NCBI GenBank assembly: GCA_963758525.1
Contig: CAVWVQ010000002.1
Location: 1 to 64,000, forward strand
DNA from: an uncultured Phycisphaerales bacterium
GTDB taxonomy: Bacteria; Planctomycetota; Phycisphaerae; Tepidisphaerales; Tepidisphaeraceae
Direction of reading: 5' to 3'
Length of the DNA stretch: 64,000 bases
The position numbers and the translations under genes are program-made. The notes below the pieces were generated by a model that saw nothing but the letters and a program-made list of their open reading frames with translations, searched no databases and had not been told where the DNA came from. Positions 12,701-22,472 of this stretch are shown here, piece by piece; the first letter of the stretch is position 1; every line of letters starts with the position of its first letter.

Positions 12701-13301
12701 TCAAGGTGCCTGAGCCCTGCTTACTGACCGTAAATGCGCCGGAAATCGCCGCACTGACGGTGGCGGTGGCGGTGCCGGCGACGTCGAAGTTGCCGCTCTG
12801 GCCGAGCTGAATGCTCATTCTGCCTGACCCAAGGCCCGCGCCCAGCGTCAGCGTTCCGCTGCCGCCCACGTAAAGCAAGTCAGCGGAATTCGCGCCCAGG
12901 GTCGAGTTCCCCAAGTCTCCCGATCCGCCAAGAATCAATGTGCTGTTCGTCGTCGAATTGGGCTGGATCGTGATCGTGTTCGCGTTCAAGTCGTCCAACG
13001 AACCGAAGGTGAGCGTGCCCGTGTTAAACGTACGGATACCGGTCGCTGCGCCAATGCCGAAGACGGCGTCATTGGAAATGACCGGCGCCGTGGTAAGACT
13101 CCAATTGCCATTGGTGGCAATATCCCCGGTCGTGGCGCCGGTGAAAAAATCGGGGGTGTTCGTCGTTGCGCCAGCCGGCCGTACCGCGGTGATGGCCGTT
13201 CCCGCCACCGCTGCAAGCGAGAGCATTCGCCGTGCGTTTGGCCGACGGCTCGTCTGCAGCTTGTAATTCTGTCCGCACGTCTTCCTATTCTTCGTCCGCA
13301 T
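3709..13301 (-). CDS. Giant (~3200 aa) autotransporter-associated beta-strand repeat surface protein with PEP-CTERM anchor; one frameshift at ~7367
   Basis: ORFs 7239-13301 and 3709-7350 join in frame by adding one base at ~7367 (..ITGAL-G-ATATTVQNGG..). Many LTKxGxGTLxLxGxNTYxGxTxIxxGTL repeats; signal peptide; C-terminal APEPGTTMLILGAAFPMLMGRRRRR. Confidence 0.9.
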
Positions 13302-13560
13302 TTAATTTCCTCCAGCAACCAATTCCAGCACCAGTCAGCGAACCCGCACTCCTGACACCGACGGCGTCGAAATCCCTCGCAGTGACAAAAACTCTATTTT
13401 CATGACGGGACCGATTCTGCGAGGAAACCAATTTTCTACGGCTTTCCGCACGCCGATCGCGGTTCCACATGCAACGCCGCAAATGTAACCAACGCCCCGC
13501 CCCATGTCGCAGTCAAATTGCGTTTAGTTTCTCTCGATTTGCGACATTCGGCGGAAGGCA

Positions 13561-13603
13561 AATGGATAAGGGAAAATGGACAACGGATAGCGAAGGGCAG
13601 GCA
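13561..13603. repeat. Left 7-mer-periodic arm flanking the four-helix-bundle gene
   Basis: aatggataagggaaaatggacaacggatagcgaagggcaggca; imperfect inverted complement of 14052-14088. Confidence 0.65.
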
Positions 13604-13670
13604 TTGCAAGGGGCATGGGATCGGCCGCTCGAAGTGGAGAGAAATGCGAGGGATCAGCCAGAACGAAAGG

Positions 13671-14023
13671 ATGAAAGACGGGCCATCCACGTCAAGTCAT
13701 TTGCATTCGCCGTGCGGGTGATCAATCTTTATGAGCACGTATGCGCGGCGAGGAAGGAGTTTGTTTTATCGAAACAGTTGCTGAGATCCAGCACCGCGAT
13801 CGGGGCGCTGTGCGCGAAGGAGAGCAGCCGGAGGTAAGCCGGATTCTGTTCCCAAGATGGCGATTGCTCTGAAAGAAACCAGCGAAACCGAATACTGGAT
13901 CATGCTGCCCCGTCAGGCGGGGTATCTGAAAGGGCAGAATTCGACTCAATTTCTCAGGACGTTAACGAGCTCCTGAAACTGCTGATCAGCATCATCAAAT
14001 CCGCCAAACGGTCTGGCCAATGA
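13671..14023 (+). pseudogene. Four helix bundle protein (TIGR02436 / IVS-protein family), several frameshifts
   Basis: Pieces across frames: KSFAFAVRVINLY..KEFVLSKQLLRSSTAIGAL, KMAIALKETSETEYWI, EFDSISQDVNELLKLLISIIKSAK; ATG 13671, TGA 14021-14023. Confidence 0.8.
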
Positions 14024-14051
14024 AAAGTTGACAATTAATAGTATAGTCGCT

Positions 14052-14088
14052 TGCCTCCCCCGCTATCCACTGTCCCATGTCCACTACC
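14052..14088. repeat. Right 7-mer-periodic arm flanking the four-helix-bundle gene; overlaps xylR-like stop codon
   Basis: tgcctcccccgctatccactgtcccatgtccactacc. Confidence 0.65.
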
Positions 14089-15262
14089 TACGCCCGCGCA
14101 GGGCGGAGCGGCGATAGGCGGCAGGCGTGGTATCAACCAGCGCCTTAAATGCGACGTGAAAGTTAGCCATTCCCGAGTAGCCGCAGCGGCGGGCGACTTC
14201 CAGGAGCCCCAGATCGGGTTGCAGGAGAAGTGCCCGTGCCTTGTCGATGCGGACGCGAACGATTTCATCGTGCGGGGTTCGCCCCAGTTTGGCGAGAAAC
14301 TGCCGCTCGAGCCAGCGCCGCCCGACCGGAAGGTGGCGCAGCACGTCGTCGACGGAGCACGGGTCGCTGGCGTGCTCGCGGATGAACTGAACCGCCTGGG
14401 CAAGGTCCTGGTCTTCAATGGCGAGAATGTTGGTGCTTTGCCGCTGAACCACGCCAAGGGGTGGGAGCCGGGTCAGGCGTTCTTCGGGGGAGAGAACGTC
14501 GCCCGCAAAAAGACGGTCCAGTATTTTTGCGCCATGATACCCCATCCGGCTGAAGTCTGCTTCGATGCTCGAGAGAGGCGGCCACGCGCTTTCGCAGAGC
14601 AGATCGTCATTATTCACCCCGACGATCGCGACCTGCTCCGGCACGGCAATTCCCGCTTCGAGACACGCGGCGGCCAGATCGTGGGCCATCGTGTCGTCCC
14701 CCGCCATGATGCCGATGGGCTTGGGCACCTCCTGCAGCCAGCGGATCAGCCGGGGCCATTTCGCGTGGGAGATCCACTCGGCCTCGGAAGGAAGTTCGAC
14801 CGGCACGATCGTGCATTCAAACCCATGTGTTGCCAGCTTCGCACGGTAGCCGTCGAAACGCCGCGGAAGCAACGTAGCGCCGTAAAAGGCGAATCGCTGG
14901 AGCCGGCAAACCATGAGGTGTTCGGCGCCCATCGCCCCCGCGGCTTCATCGTCCAGCGCGACCACCGGCGAGACAGCCGGGTCTCCCCGGCCCGAACAAA
15001 AGATGCAGTGCTTGTATCGCTTGCGAATGATGTCGAACATCGCCCCGGTCGTGCCCGCGACGATCATCCCGTCGCATTTGGGCCAGCGTGCCATCGATTC
15101 GAGGCTGTGTCGCAAATCCTTGTAAAGCACCCATCGTCGTTCGAGGTTCGCGTAGCGCATCACTCCCCGCAGAACGCCGCGCCCGTAGCTGCTGATGCCG
15201 TCCACAACGACTCCTACCAACGGTCGTTTGTTCGTGGCCCTAGCTGTTCTCGGGTGTCGCAA
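14084..15262 (-). CDS. XylR-type transcriptional regulator (periplasmic-binding-like sensor + AraC HTH)
   Basis: SYGRGVLRGV, PKPIGIMA..D..A, VPEQVAIVGVNND..LCE...PPLSSI, RQSTN, LERQF...LGRTP..EI..VRI..A..LL, FKALVDTTPAAYR. Confidence 0.9.
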   Translation of the reverse strand: MRHPRTARATNKRPLVGVVVDGISSYGRGVLRGVMRYANLERRWVLYKDLRHSLESMARWPKCDGMIVAGTTGAMFDIIRKRYKHCIFCSGRGDPAVSPVVALDDEAAGAMGAEHLMVCRLQRFAFYGATLLPRRFDGYRAKLATHGFECTIVPVELPSEAEWISHAKWPRLIRWLQEVPKPIGIMAGDDTMAHDLAAACLEAGIAVPEQVAIVGVNNDDLLCESAWPPLSSIEADFSRMGYHGAKILDRLFAGDVLSPEERLTRLPPLGVVQRQSTNILAIEDQDLAQAVQFIREHASDPCSVDDVLRHLPVGRRWLERQFLAKLGRTPHDEIVRVRIDKARALLLQPDLGLLEVARRCGYSGMANFHVAFKALVDTTPAAYRRSALRGRR

Positions 15263-15307
15263 AGTGGGATAATTTATAAGGCGGCCATGTGAAAAAACGA
15301 ACTTGTT

Positions 15308-17045
15308 CTATTGCTTCGGCGGGGGGGATGCCTGACGAATCCAGAACGAGCGTGTTACCGGACCCGCCGATTTGACAAGCGGCGCAACGGCTCTCCCCCA
15401 CTGAAATGCGCTAACAATCACTTCAACCGGGTATCTCGCGCGGGGCGGCATCGGCAAGAGCGCGAGTGTGCGGCCGTTCGCGGCGATCTGCGCAGGCCCG
15501 GAAACCACGAAATACTGCACTGGCAAACCGGACGACGCTTTGGCGGCAAGTTCGATGGGCGCGGCACTTGCATCTGCTTGATCGGAAAGCGGCGGGAACT
15601 CGAGCGTCTGCGCCGCGCCCGCCGTGTTGATGATGCTGACATTGATGTGCGCCGGACGCTCCGTGGGACGGTAGGTTTGATCTCCCAGGTTGTAAGCGAC
15701 GATCGTCGGCTCCCACGGATTTCCCTGCGGCACGATCGGCCCCGCATGCGGCCGGATCCGAAACGTGTCAGGACCTGTCTGCACGACCGCCCCGCTGTTG
15801 ACCCGAAATAAAATCGGTGTATTGCCATGGCCAAGCTTCTGCCCAGGGTAGAGATCAGAGCGCACCGCCAATTCGTCAATGAAAGCCGCCCGGACCCTGA
15901 ACGTCTCGCCGTCACTGAGGTATTGCGGGCTAAAGCTGTAAGTTCCGCCACCGGTCGAGGGGACGCCGTCTTCGCTGAAGAAGTTCATCTGCTGGGGTTT
16001 TTTGGAGAGCTGCTCGAGCATGTGACGATGCACCTCGGTCGCCAATGCTTCGTCCACGTACCACAGTCCCCTGGCGGGATCTTGCTTCCATTGCGCAAAG
16101 GAACGGGTTTGCCGCCAGGACGGCCAACAGTGGCCGGCTCGAGCATCCATCCGGACTCGGCCGAAACGGGTTTGAGCGAAACCGGGCCGTCAAGAGGAGC
16201 ATCGACTGGAATTCGTGCGGCAACCGCCTCCTTGAGGAACAGGGAAACCATCGCGATCGAATCATCGCTGACATTGCAGTGACCCGACCCGATATCCACA
16301 TAGTATCCATAGAGACATTTGCCGTGGTTTCGCGGCCGGACAATTCCATCGGACGGACCACTGGGAGACCAGCATCGATGAGAAGCGTTTCCATAGTCAA
16401 ACCATTCCGAATTGACCTCGAACACGGGAATCCCCTCCGGGCCGTCGTCCTTGGCGCCGGTTTTGAAAGGCATCATCGCAAAGACGCGTGAGGGATCCCA
16501 TCTATAGAGATGCCAGACGAAGCTTCCGGCCGAGGAATGGCCGACGGGCATCAGCGGCACGTGGCGGAGCTCGCGATAGCCTGAAAGGTCGGCGAACTGC
16601 TCCAGCAGTTTTTGCAGGTCGGCTCCCGCGCCGCGGGATCTTCGGCGCCCTTGGGATAGTTCGGGTTCAAAAAAATGTCGAGCGCGCTGCGTCGCGGATG
16701 ATCGGGGTTCTTGTCGTCGGTGCCGATGCGGTCATGGCCGGAGAAGATCAGCAGCAGTCCCAATCCGTTTTCCGCCGCCGATCTGCGGAACCCCGGGCGC
16801 TGAAACAACTGTTTTTCGAGCATGTTGTGGCAGGCAACGACGAGTCCGCGCACGCGATCGCAATGATCGGGAATCCACAGAAACGCCCTGCGATCAGGAA
16901 TCGAAGGCGCTGGAATCGACCACTGCCAGACCCCGTCAACGGCAGCCTCTCCCGACGGGGGCTCGGTTGCGGCGATGGACCCTCTGCCGGTCACACACAA
17001 CGTGATCATCGCCAACAGCGCAATCCGCGACCCCTGTGATGTCAC
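15308..17045 (-). CDS. Secreted hypothetical protein, possible alpha/beta-hydrolase-fold N-terminal domain; two frameshifts (~16630, ~16100)
   Basis: Three consecutive ORFs (16551-17045, 15985-16560, 15308-16150) read continuously after single-base fixes; signal peptide, WQWS..AFLWIP..C.RVRG.VVACHNMLE, P.MPVGHSSAG elbow-like motif, C-terminal Ig-like ASSGLPVQYFVVSGPA. Confidence 0.7.
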
Positions 17046-19627
17046 TGTTTCTCCTTCCCTGAATACAGCACGACGGTCGAAAGCGGCCCAACTTTCATAC
17101 TCGGACCGCTGAACGCGTGGCTGCCGGTTGCATCCAACCGCTCCAGCGCGCCGCCGTCTGGCGGAATCTTCAGAACGAAGGTCTGGGTCTTCGTCGTGTT
17201 CATCCCGATCAGGTAGGGACCGTATGCGAGCGAATAGAATGAGCCACGGCCTGCAAACGGGCTTTCATCGCCCGGGTGAAATTTCTCCAAGGGTGGAATT
17301 TTGGCGATGGGCAATGTTTCGCCGGCAAGCGCGGAGTGCAGCTCGCCGGGATAGCGCACGCCACCGCCGCCGAAGCCCATGTTGATCCAGTCCGGCCGTT
17401 TGTACGTCAGCCCGCTCGGATCAAATTGCACGTCTTCGCGAACCACCGCGATATGCTCGGTTTGCGGCTGGATGTAATGCACGCGAGCCAGGAAATTCAC
17501 CGCGTACCGCGCCCGCCAATAGAGGGATGCATACAGAATATCCTGACCGTGCTTGATGGCGACCACCCCGTCTTCCTCGTCGGCAAAGACAAGCTCCGGC
17601 TGGCCGTTCGACATGGGCAGGCGTTTTGCGCTGTCGGGCTGTGATTTGAGCAGCTCGTACTGATCGGGAATTCCCAGCAGGCCGGTCGTCGTGCGCAGAC
17701 CGCCTTGCTTGTCGGTGTTTTCCTTGATCGACTCGAAGAACTGGTTGTCCGCGAACATCTGCTGCGCGTACCCCACCGCGTCCGGATCGAGCGTCGCGGC
17801 GGCCGTATACAGCGGGGAAGCGTCCCAGGTGGTCCGCTCCCCATAGCACACATCGCCGGGATAGTGCTCGTCGCGCCACCCGACCACTGATTCAATGCGC
17901 ATTGCGCGATACCCCTGAGCGTCAAGAGCAGGATATCGAAACACCCCCCGGGCTCCGGCGATCTTTTCCAGCTGCGCCTTGATCTTGGGATCACCCGGCT
18001 CGCCAGGTGTGGGGCGCGTGGCGTCGTAGATTTGCGTGACCCAGTCGAGCACCTCGCCGTAGTACCCGACGTACCCGAGCTCGCGGGTCAATCCGTTGGG
18101 CGTCAGTTGATAATAATCCGATCCGAGCGGCTTGAGCGGTCCGCTCGGCGAGTCGCTGCCAAGCCACGGCTGCAAGCCGATCGATTCGTACAGATAATGG
18201 CGCGACACCGCTTCCGGGAGAGCGCGCTTCGGATCGACCGTCGCGACGCCGCGGTTGGCCCGCTGAATATTCAGATCCGTGATCATCGACTGATTCGTGT
18301 AGAGCCGGCGGTGCTCGCGATGCCAGTCGCGGCTCGCCACGAACATGTCGGCCCACGCCTGGCGACGCTGAATTCTTCCGCCGGCGCCGTCATCGAATTC
18401 CTCATCGAGCAGCGGCTGCAACGGCTCCGACAGCAGATGCACCGCCTCCCCGGCCGGCCCAAGGCCAAACCAGTCCGCGTTGTACATCCCGGGATCGGAC
18501 TGCGCCAGTTGCGGATTCTTGCGAAACGCCATCGCGAAAGCGTCGGCGCTGGCGGCGATCTGCGCAACCACTCTCGGATCGTGATACGCCGGGGTCCATT
18601 TCACATGATACGCCTGCGCCAGAAATATCATCTGCATTTGCGTGAGCGGCTTCTTGTCGGCCAGCAAACCGGCGGTTTCGTGATCAACCCGCGCCTTGAG
18701 CCGGTCGAGCACCTCCGCCCCCGGCTCCGGCCGCACCGGCGGATCGACTGGCGCAGGCCCCTGCTTCTCGTCATCGGGCGGGACGAAGCAGCCGTCGGTG
18801 TGCGTATAGACGCGATAAAGGCCGCGAGTCGGCTCCTTCATCATCTGCTGATACTTCTCAAACGTGGTGCCGTATCCCCAGATATGACCGGTGCTGTGAA
18901 TTTCGAAATGCAATTGTGACTTTCCCTTGGTCATTTCCAAAGGCAGCGGTGAGGTTGTGTAATAGAACCGGCCATTGAGCGCGGGCGACCCGCTGTCGCT
19001 TCCGAAATCGAGCACGTCGATGTCGCCCAGATGACGATAGCCGAGCTGCTTTCCCTCGACGCGCAGGATCAGCATGTCGGGGCTGGCGTCATCGCCCCAA
19101 AGACGGGCGGTAATGTAGTTCGCACGAACCGGATCCACTTTGAGTGTGAATGCAACGCTCCCACCCTCCCAGTTTTCGGTAAGAGGAGGCAGCAGTCGCC
19201 TCGCGGGATCGCCCAGGCCACCGGTGACGATCTCACTGTGATCCTCGACCAATGCATGCGATGTTTCAGAGGAAGGGACGCCGAAGACGAGCGTATCGAG
19301 CGGAGCCGCTGCGCGCGCCGCCGGGAACGGCATGAGCGATGCTGTAGTGATCCATGCGATACAAAGCAACCGACCGACGAAGCGTCCACTCGCTCCCCCG
19401 GCCCGCGACCAGTCAAGTCGAGTGGTGCTCCCCGAGAGTGCGGAGTTGAGAAAGTTTCTCCATTTGTCCCAGTAGAAGCTTCCCCGCGGCACGCTGCGCC
19501 GCGAACGATCAAGAGCCGAGGTAAGCATTTCATCGCTGCAGGCGCGCAATATGTGGCCTCCTTGTGCTGGAGTTTCGCTGCTCAGCGGCGATGGCCGCGT
19601 GCGCTGGGCCAATCGTACTACCCTCAT
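17042..19627 (-). CDS. Large secreted hypothetical protein (true start probably ~19340-19420)
   Basis: Long ORF with coding-like composition from a signal-like segment (RLLCIAWITTASLMPFPAARAA); aromatic-rich motifs RRLYTNQSMI, TRELGYVGYYGEVLDW, ESVVGWRDEHYPGD; stop overlaps the next start. Confidence 0.75.
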   Translation of the reverse strand: MRVVRLAQRTRPSPLSSETPAQGGHILRACSDEMLTSALDRSRRSVPRGSFYWDKWRNFLNSALSGSTTRLDWSRAGGASGRFVGRLLCIAWITTASLMPFPAARAAAPLDTLVFGVPSSETSHALVEDHSEIVTGGLGDPARRLLPPLTENWEGGSVAFTLKVDPVRANYITARLWGDDASPDMLILRVEGKQLGYRHLGDIDVLDFGSDSGSPALNGRFYYTTSPLPLEMTKGKSQLHFEIHSTGHIWGYGTTFEKYQQMMKEPTRGLYRVYTHTDGCFVPPDDEKQGPAPVDPPVRPEPGAEVLDRLKARVDHETAGLLADKKPLTQMQMIFLAQAYHVKWTPAYHDPRVVAQIAASADAFAMAFRKNPQLAQSDPGMYNADWFGLGPAGEAVHLLSEPLQPLLDEEFDDGAGGRIQRRQAWADMFVASRDWHREHRRLYTNQSMITDLNIQRANRGVATVDPKRALPEAVSRHYLYESIGLQPWLGSDSPSGPLKPLGSDYYQLTPNGLTRELGYVGYYGEVLDWVTQIYDATRPTPGEPGDPKIKAQLEKIAGARGVFRYPALDAQGYRAMRIESVVGWRDEHYPGDVCYGERTTWDASPLYTAAATLDPDAVGYAQQMFADNQFFESIKENTDKQGGLRTTTGLLGIPDQYELLKSQPDSAKRLPMSNGQPELVFADEEDGVVAIKHGQDILYASLYWRARYAVNFLARVHYIQPQTEHIAVVREDVQFDPSGLTYKRPDWINMGFGGGGVRYPGELHSALAGETLPIAKIPPLEKFHPGDESPFAGRGSFYSLAYGPYLIGMNTTKTQTFVLKIPPDGGALERLDATGSHAFSGPSMKVGPLSTVVLYSGKEKQ

Positions 19628-19791
19628 TTGCGCGACGCCATGTCAGAGTTCCTGGCGCACCGATGGTGGACACGACGGTGCAGAGTGGGTGTTGTTTGGC
19701 ATCGCTCGAAGCCAGTTGCGGGAAGTGCTGCATCTGCTGCGGCCCAACGCGATACGGAGATTCTGCTTCCGATGCCGGGCGCGCCTGCCCC

Positions 19792-20562
19792 TCAAAGATT
19801 TGCCGAGTCGAGGGAATTGATGAGGTTGATTCCGCACTCCACTTTTCCGCTGCCCTGCCACCGGCCCGAGCGTGCGTCTTCGCCCGCCTGTATTGGCCGC
19901 GTACAGGAAAGAGGGCTGCAACCGATGGAGGCATACCCCTTCTCGTAGAGCGGGTGATGCGGAAGATCGTGTCGCTTCATGTAGTTGAAAATGTCGCGCG
20001 TCGTCCAGTTGAGCAACGGTGAAATTGCAAAACAGTTGAAACGCGCGGACCACTCGACGAAACGGTTGCGTCCGCGAACGTCGGTCTGATCCCGGCGGAC
20101 GCCGCGCAGCCAGCCCTTGGGCTTCAGCTCCCGCATCGCCCGCTCGAATGGCTCGTTCTTGTTGGCGGCGCAGCATGCATCGATGTTTTTCCGCCAGACG
20201 GGGTTCTCCTCGTCCGCGATCCGCAAATACGTCATCGGATCGTTGCGGGTGCGATAGATCCAGACGTTCAGGTCGAATCGCTGGCGCAGCCGCTCCATGA
20301 ACGTGTGCGTCTCGGGAAAGAGGTAGCCGGTGTTGACGAAGACAATCTTGATTCGCGGCATGACCCGCGTAGCCATGTGAATCAGCAACGCCGACTCAGC
20401 GCCAAACGACGAACTCATCACCAGGTCCGGAGCAAATTGGGCGTGCGCCCAACTGACAATCTTTTCGGGATCGGCAGCGCGCAGCACGTCATTAAAATCC
20501 GCGGCTTCGCGCGACGCGGCATCCAGCGCACCGACATTGAGTTGTGTCTCAATCTGACTCAT
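19792..20562 (-). CDS. cysH: APS/PAPS reductase (Fe-S type)
   Basis: MSSSFGAES, NTGYLFPET, ACC..NK.EP, GVRRDQ...R, PLY.KGY.SIGC.P..CT, RSGRW, ECGI. Confidence 0.92.
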   Translation of the reverse strand: MSQIETQLNVGALDAASREAADFNDVLRAADPEKIVSWAHAQFAPDLVMSSSFGAESALLIHMATRVMPRIKIVFVNTGYLFPETHTFMERLRQRFDLNVWIYRTRNDPMTYLRIADEENPVWRKNIDACCAANKNEPFERAMRELKPKGWLRGVRRDQTDVRGRNRFVEWSARFNCFAISPLLNWTTRDIFNYMKRHDLPHHPLYEKGYASIGCSPLSCTRPIQAGEDARSGRWQGSGKVECGINLINSLDSANL

Positions 20563-21427
20563 GACTTCGTCGCGGCCTTCTCGCGACCCGCTCGTTCGAC
20601 CAGCGCGTCGAACCATTCCCGAGGCACGCGCCGGCCGTTGGCGATGCCCAGATCGATCTTCTTGTTCTTCCCGTGGAAGTCGCTTCCACCGGTCTTCAGG
20701 AGGCCGAATTTGTCGGCCAGTGCTGAATACTTATCGACCAGTTCGGAGGTGTGATCGCTATGAATCACTTCCAGTCCGATAAGGCCCAGATCGGCGCAGT
20801 CCTTGATGATACGCTCAAGCTCGGCATCGTTCCCGGCACGCAACTGAACCGGATGCGCCAGCACGGGAAGGCCCGCTGAGCGATGAATGAGATCGAATGC
20901 TTCGCGGGGCGGGATACGCTCCTTGTCAAAATAAGCCGCCGCGCCGACGCCGAGATATTTGTCGAATGCCTGCTTGATCGAGCTGACGTAACCCTTGCGG
21001 GCGAGGATTGCCGCGATATGCGGCCGGCCCACCACGCCGCCGCCGGCCTCGGCTTCCACTTCCTGCATCGTGATCGCGACGTTCAGCTCGTTGAGCTTGC
21101 GGATGATGCGCGGATTTCGATCGTCGCGGGCTTCGATCAGCCTGCGCGTCAGATCCCGCAACACGGAGCTGGCCGGATCAACGCCGTAGCCGAGGAGATG
21201 CATGGTGCCGGTGGCAAAGTCGCAACTGATCTCGATGCCCGTAAGGAAATCCAGACCGATCGACGCCGCCTCCGCCGCCGCTTCTTCGATGCCGCCGATC
21301 GTATCGTGATCGGTAAGGGCCAGCGCGCTCAACCCGCTGCCCTTGGCCAGACGAACCACCTCGGCTGGCGCAGGGTTCCGTCGGAGGCGGTGGAATGACA
21401 ATGCAGATCGACGAATTGACTCGGCAT
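20559..21427 (-). CDS. PHP domain phosphoesterase (TrpH/YciV-like); frameshift at ~21371
   Basis: MPSQFVDLHCHSTASDGTL in an adjacent frame joins ALTDHDT, GIEISC, HLLGY, GRPHIA, VLAHP, TGGSDFHG. Confidence 0.88.
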
Positions 21428-21459
21428 GCGCGGTTGCCCTACTCCAGGCGGCTTCCCCC

Positions 21460-21569
21460 GTGGCACGGGCATCTTGCCAGTGTTAGCAGCGTGGGATTGA
21501 AAAAGAACCCTGATATCGAAATCTGTTCTTTATTTTGCGCCGTCAGCACGGGCAGGATGCCAGTGCCAC
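21460..21569. repeat. GTGG-type REP doublet (REPIN-like)
   Basis: gtggcacgggcatcttgccagtg (21460-21482) ... cacgggcaggatgccagtgccac (21547-21569), inverted. Confidence 0.8.
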
Positions 21570-21613
21570 CGGGAACCCTTCTATAGAGGATGCCAATACC
21601 CGCCGCAAGTAAA

Positions 21614-22427
21614 TTACGCGCCCAGCTCTTTGCTCCGGCGAGCGGCGGCTTTGACCGCCTCGACAATCGCTTCGCCAACGCGCTTTTCGTCAAGATGGGT
21701 AATCGCGGCTTGCGTGGTGCCGCCGGGACTCGTGACCTTTCGCCGCAGGTCCGCGGCAGCGTCGCTGCTCGACGCGAGCATCGCTGCGGCGCCGGCGGTG
21801 GTCTGGACGGCAAGCTGCCGCGCGTCATGGGGCGATAAGCCCAGCTCCACACCCGCCTGAATCATCCGCTCGACGAGGTAGAAGACATATGCCGGGCCCG
21901 ACCCGCTCACCGCCGTCACCGCGTCCATCAAAGCCTCGGGAACCTCCACAACTTGAGCGGCAGATTCGAACAATCTCCGGGCCTCGGCAATGTCATCCGA
22001 GGTGCCATGCCTGCCGCGCGAAAGTGCCACCATTCCCTGTCCGACCAGCATCGGCGTGTTTGGCATCGTCCGAACGACGCGCCACGCCGAGCGCTTTCCA
22101 AGATGCTCTTCGATAAAGGCCGAGCTGATTCCAGCCGCGATCGAGATGATCAGGGTATCCGCCGCCAGCTCTTCCGAGAGGCTCGCCAACGCTCCAGCCA
22201 TCTGCTGGGGCTTCACGCTTAGTAACAGACAGCGCGGTTTTGTTTTTACCACTTCGGCGCTGGTCTCGACCGCAAGGATTCCAAGCCCTTTAAGGAACAA
22301 CTCGCGCCGAGCGGGCGAAACGTCCGCGGCGATAATTTGATCGGCCGATACCACCTTCCCGCGCACCACCCCGCGCAACCGCCTCGGCCATGTTCCCGGC
22401 TCCGATGATTCCAAGGTGATACGCCAT
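21614..22427 (-). CDS. proC: Pyrroline-5-carboxylate reductase; frameshift at ~22375
   Basis: MAYHLGIIGAGNMAEAV in an adjacent frame; LSVKPQ, ISIAAGI, VRTMPNTP, AVSGSGPAY, VTSPGGTT. Confidence 0.93.
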
Positions 22428-22472
22428 TGCGAAAATGGTACTGTGAATTTCCTGATTGGCGAAGGAGGTGCG

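Noticed and set aside
13505..13546. TGTCGCA...TGCGACA inverted motif as a XylR operator (TGTCGCA also at ~15255 and ~40689)
   Set aside because: Short match with long spacing; cannot be separated from chance without comparative data.
13671..14023. Diversity-generating retroelement (four-helix bundle as Avd, adhesin as target)
   Set aside because: No reverse transcriptase and no template/variable repeat pair differing at adenines seen in the window.
14051..15292. 413-aa plus-strand ORF
   Set aside because: Antisense to the XylR-type regulator.
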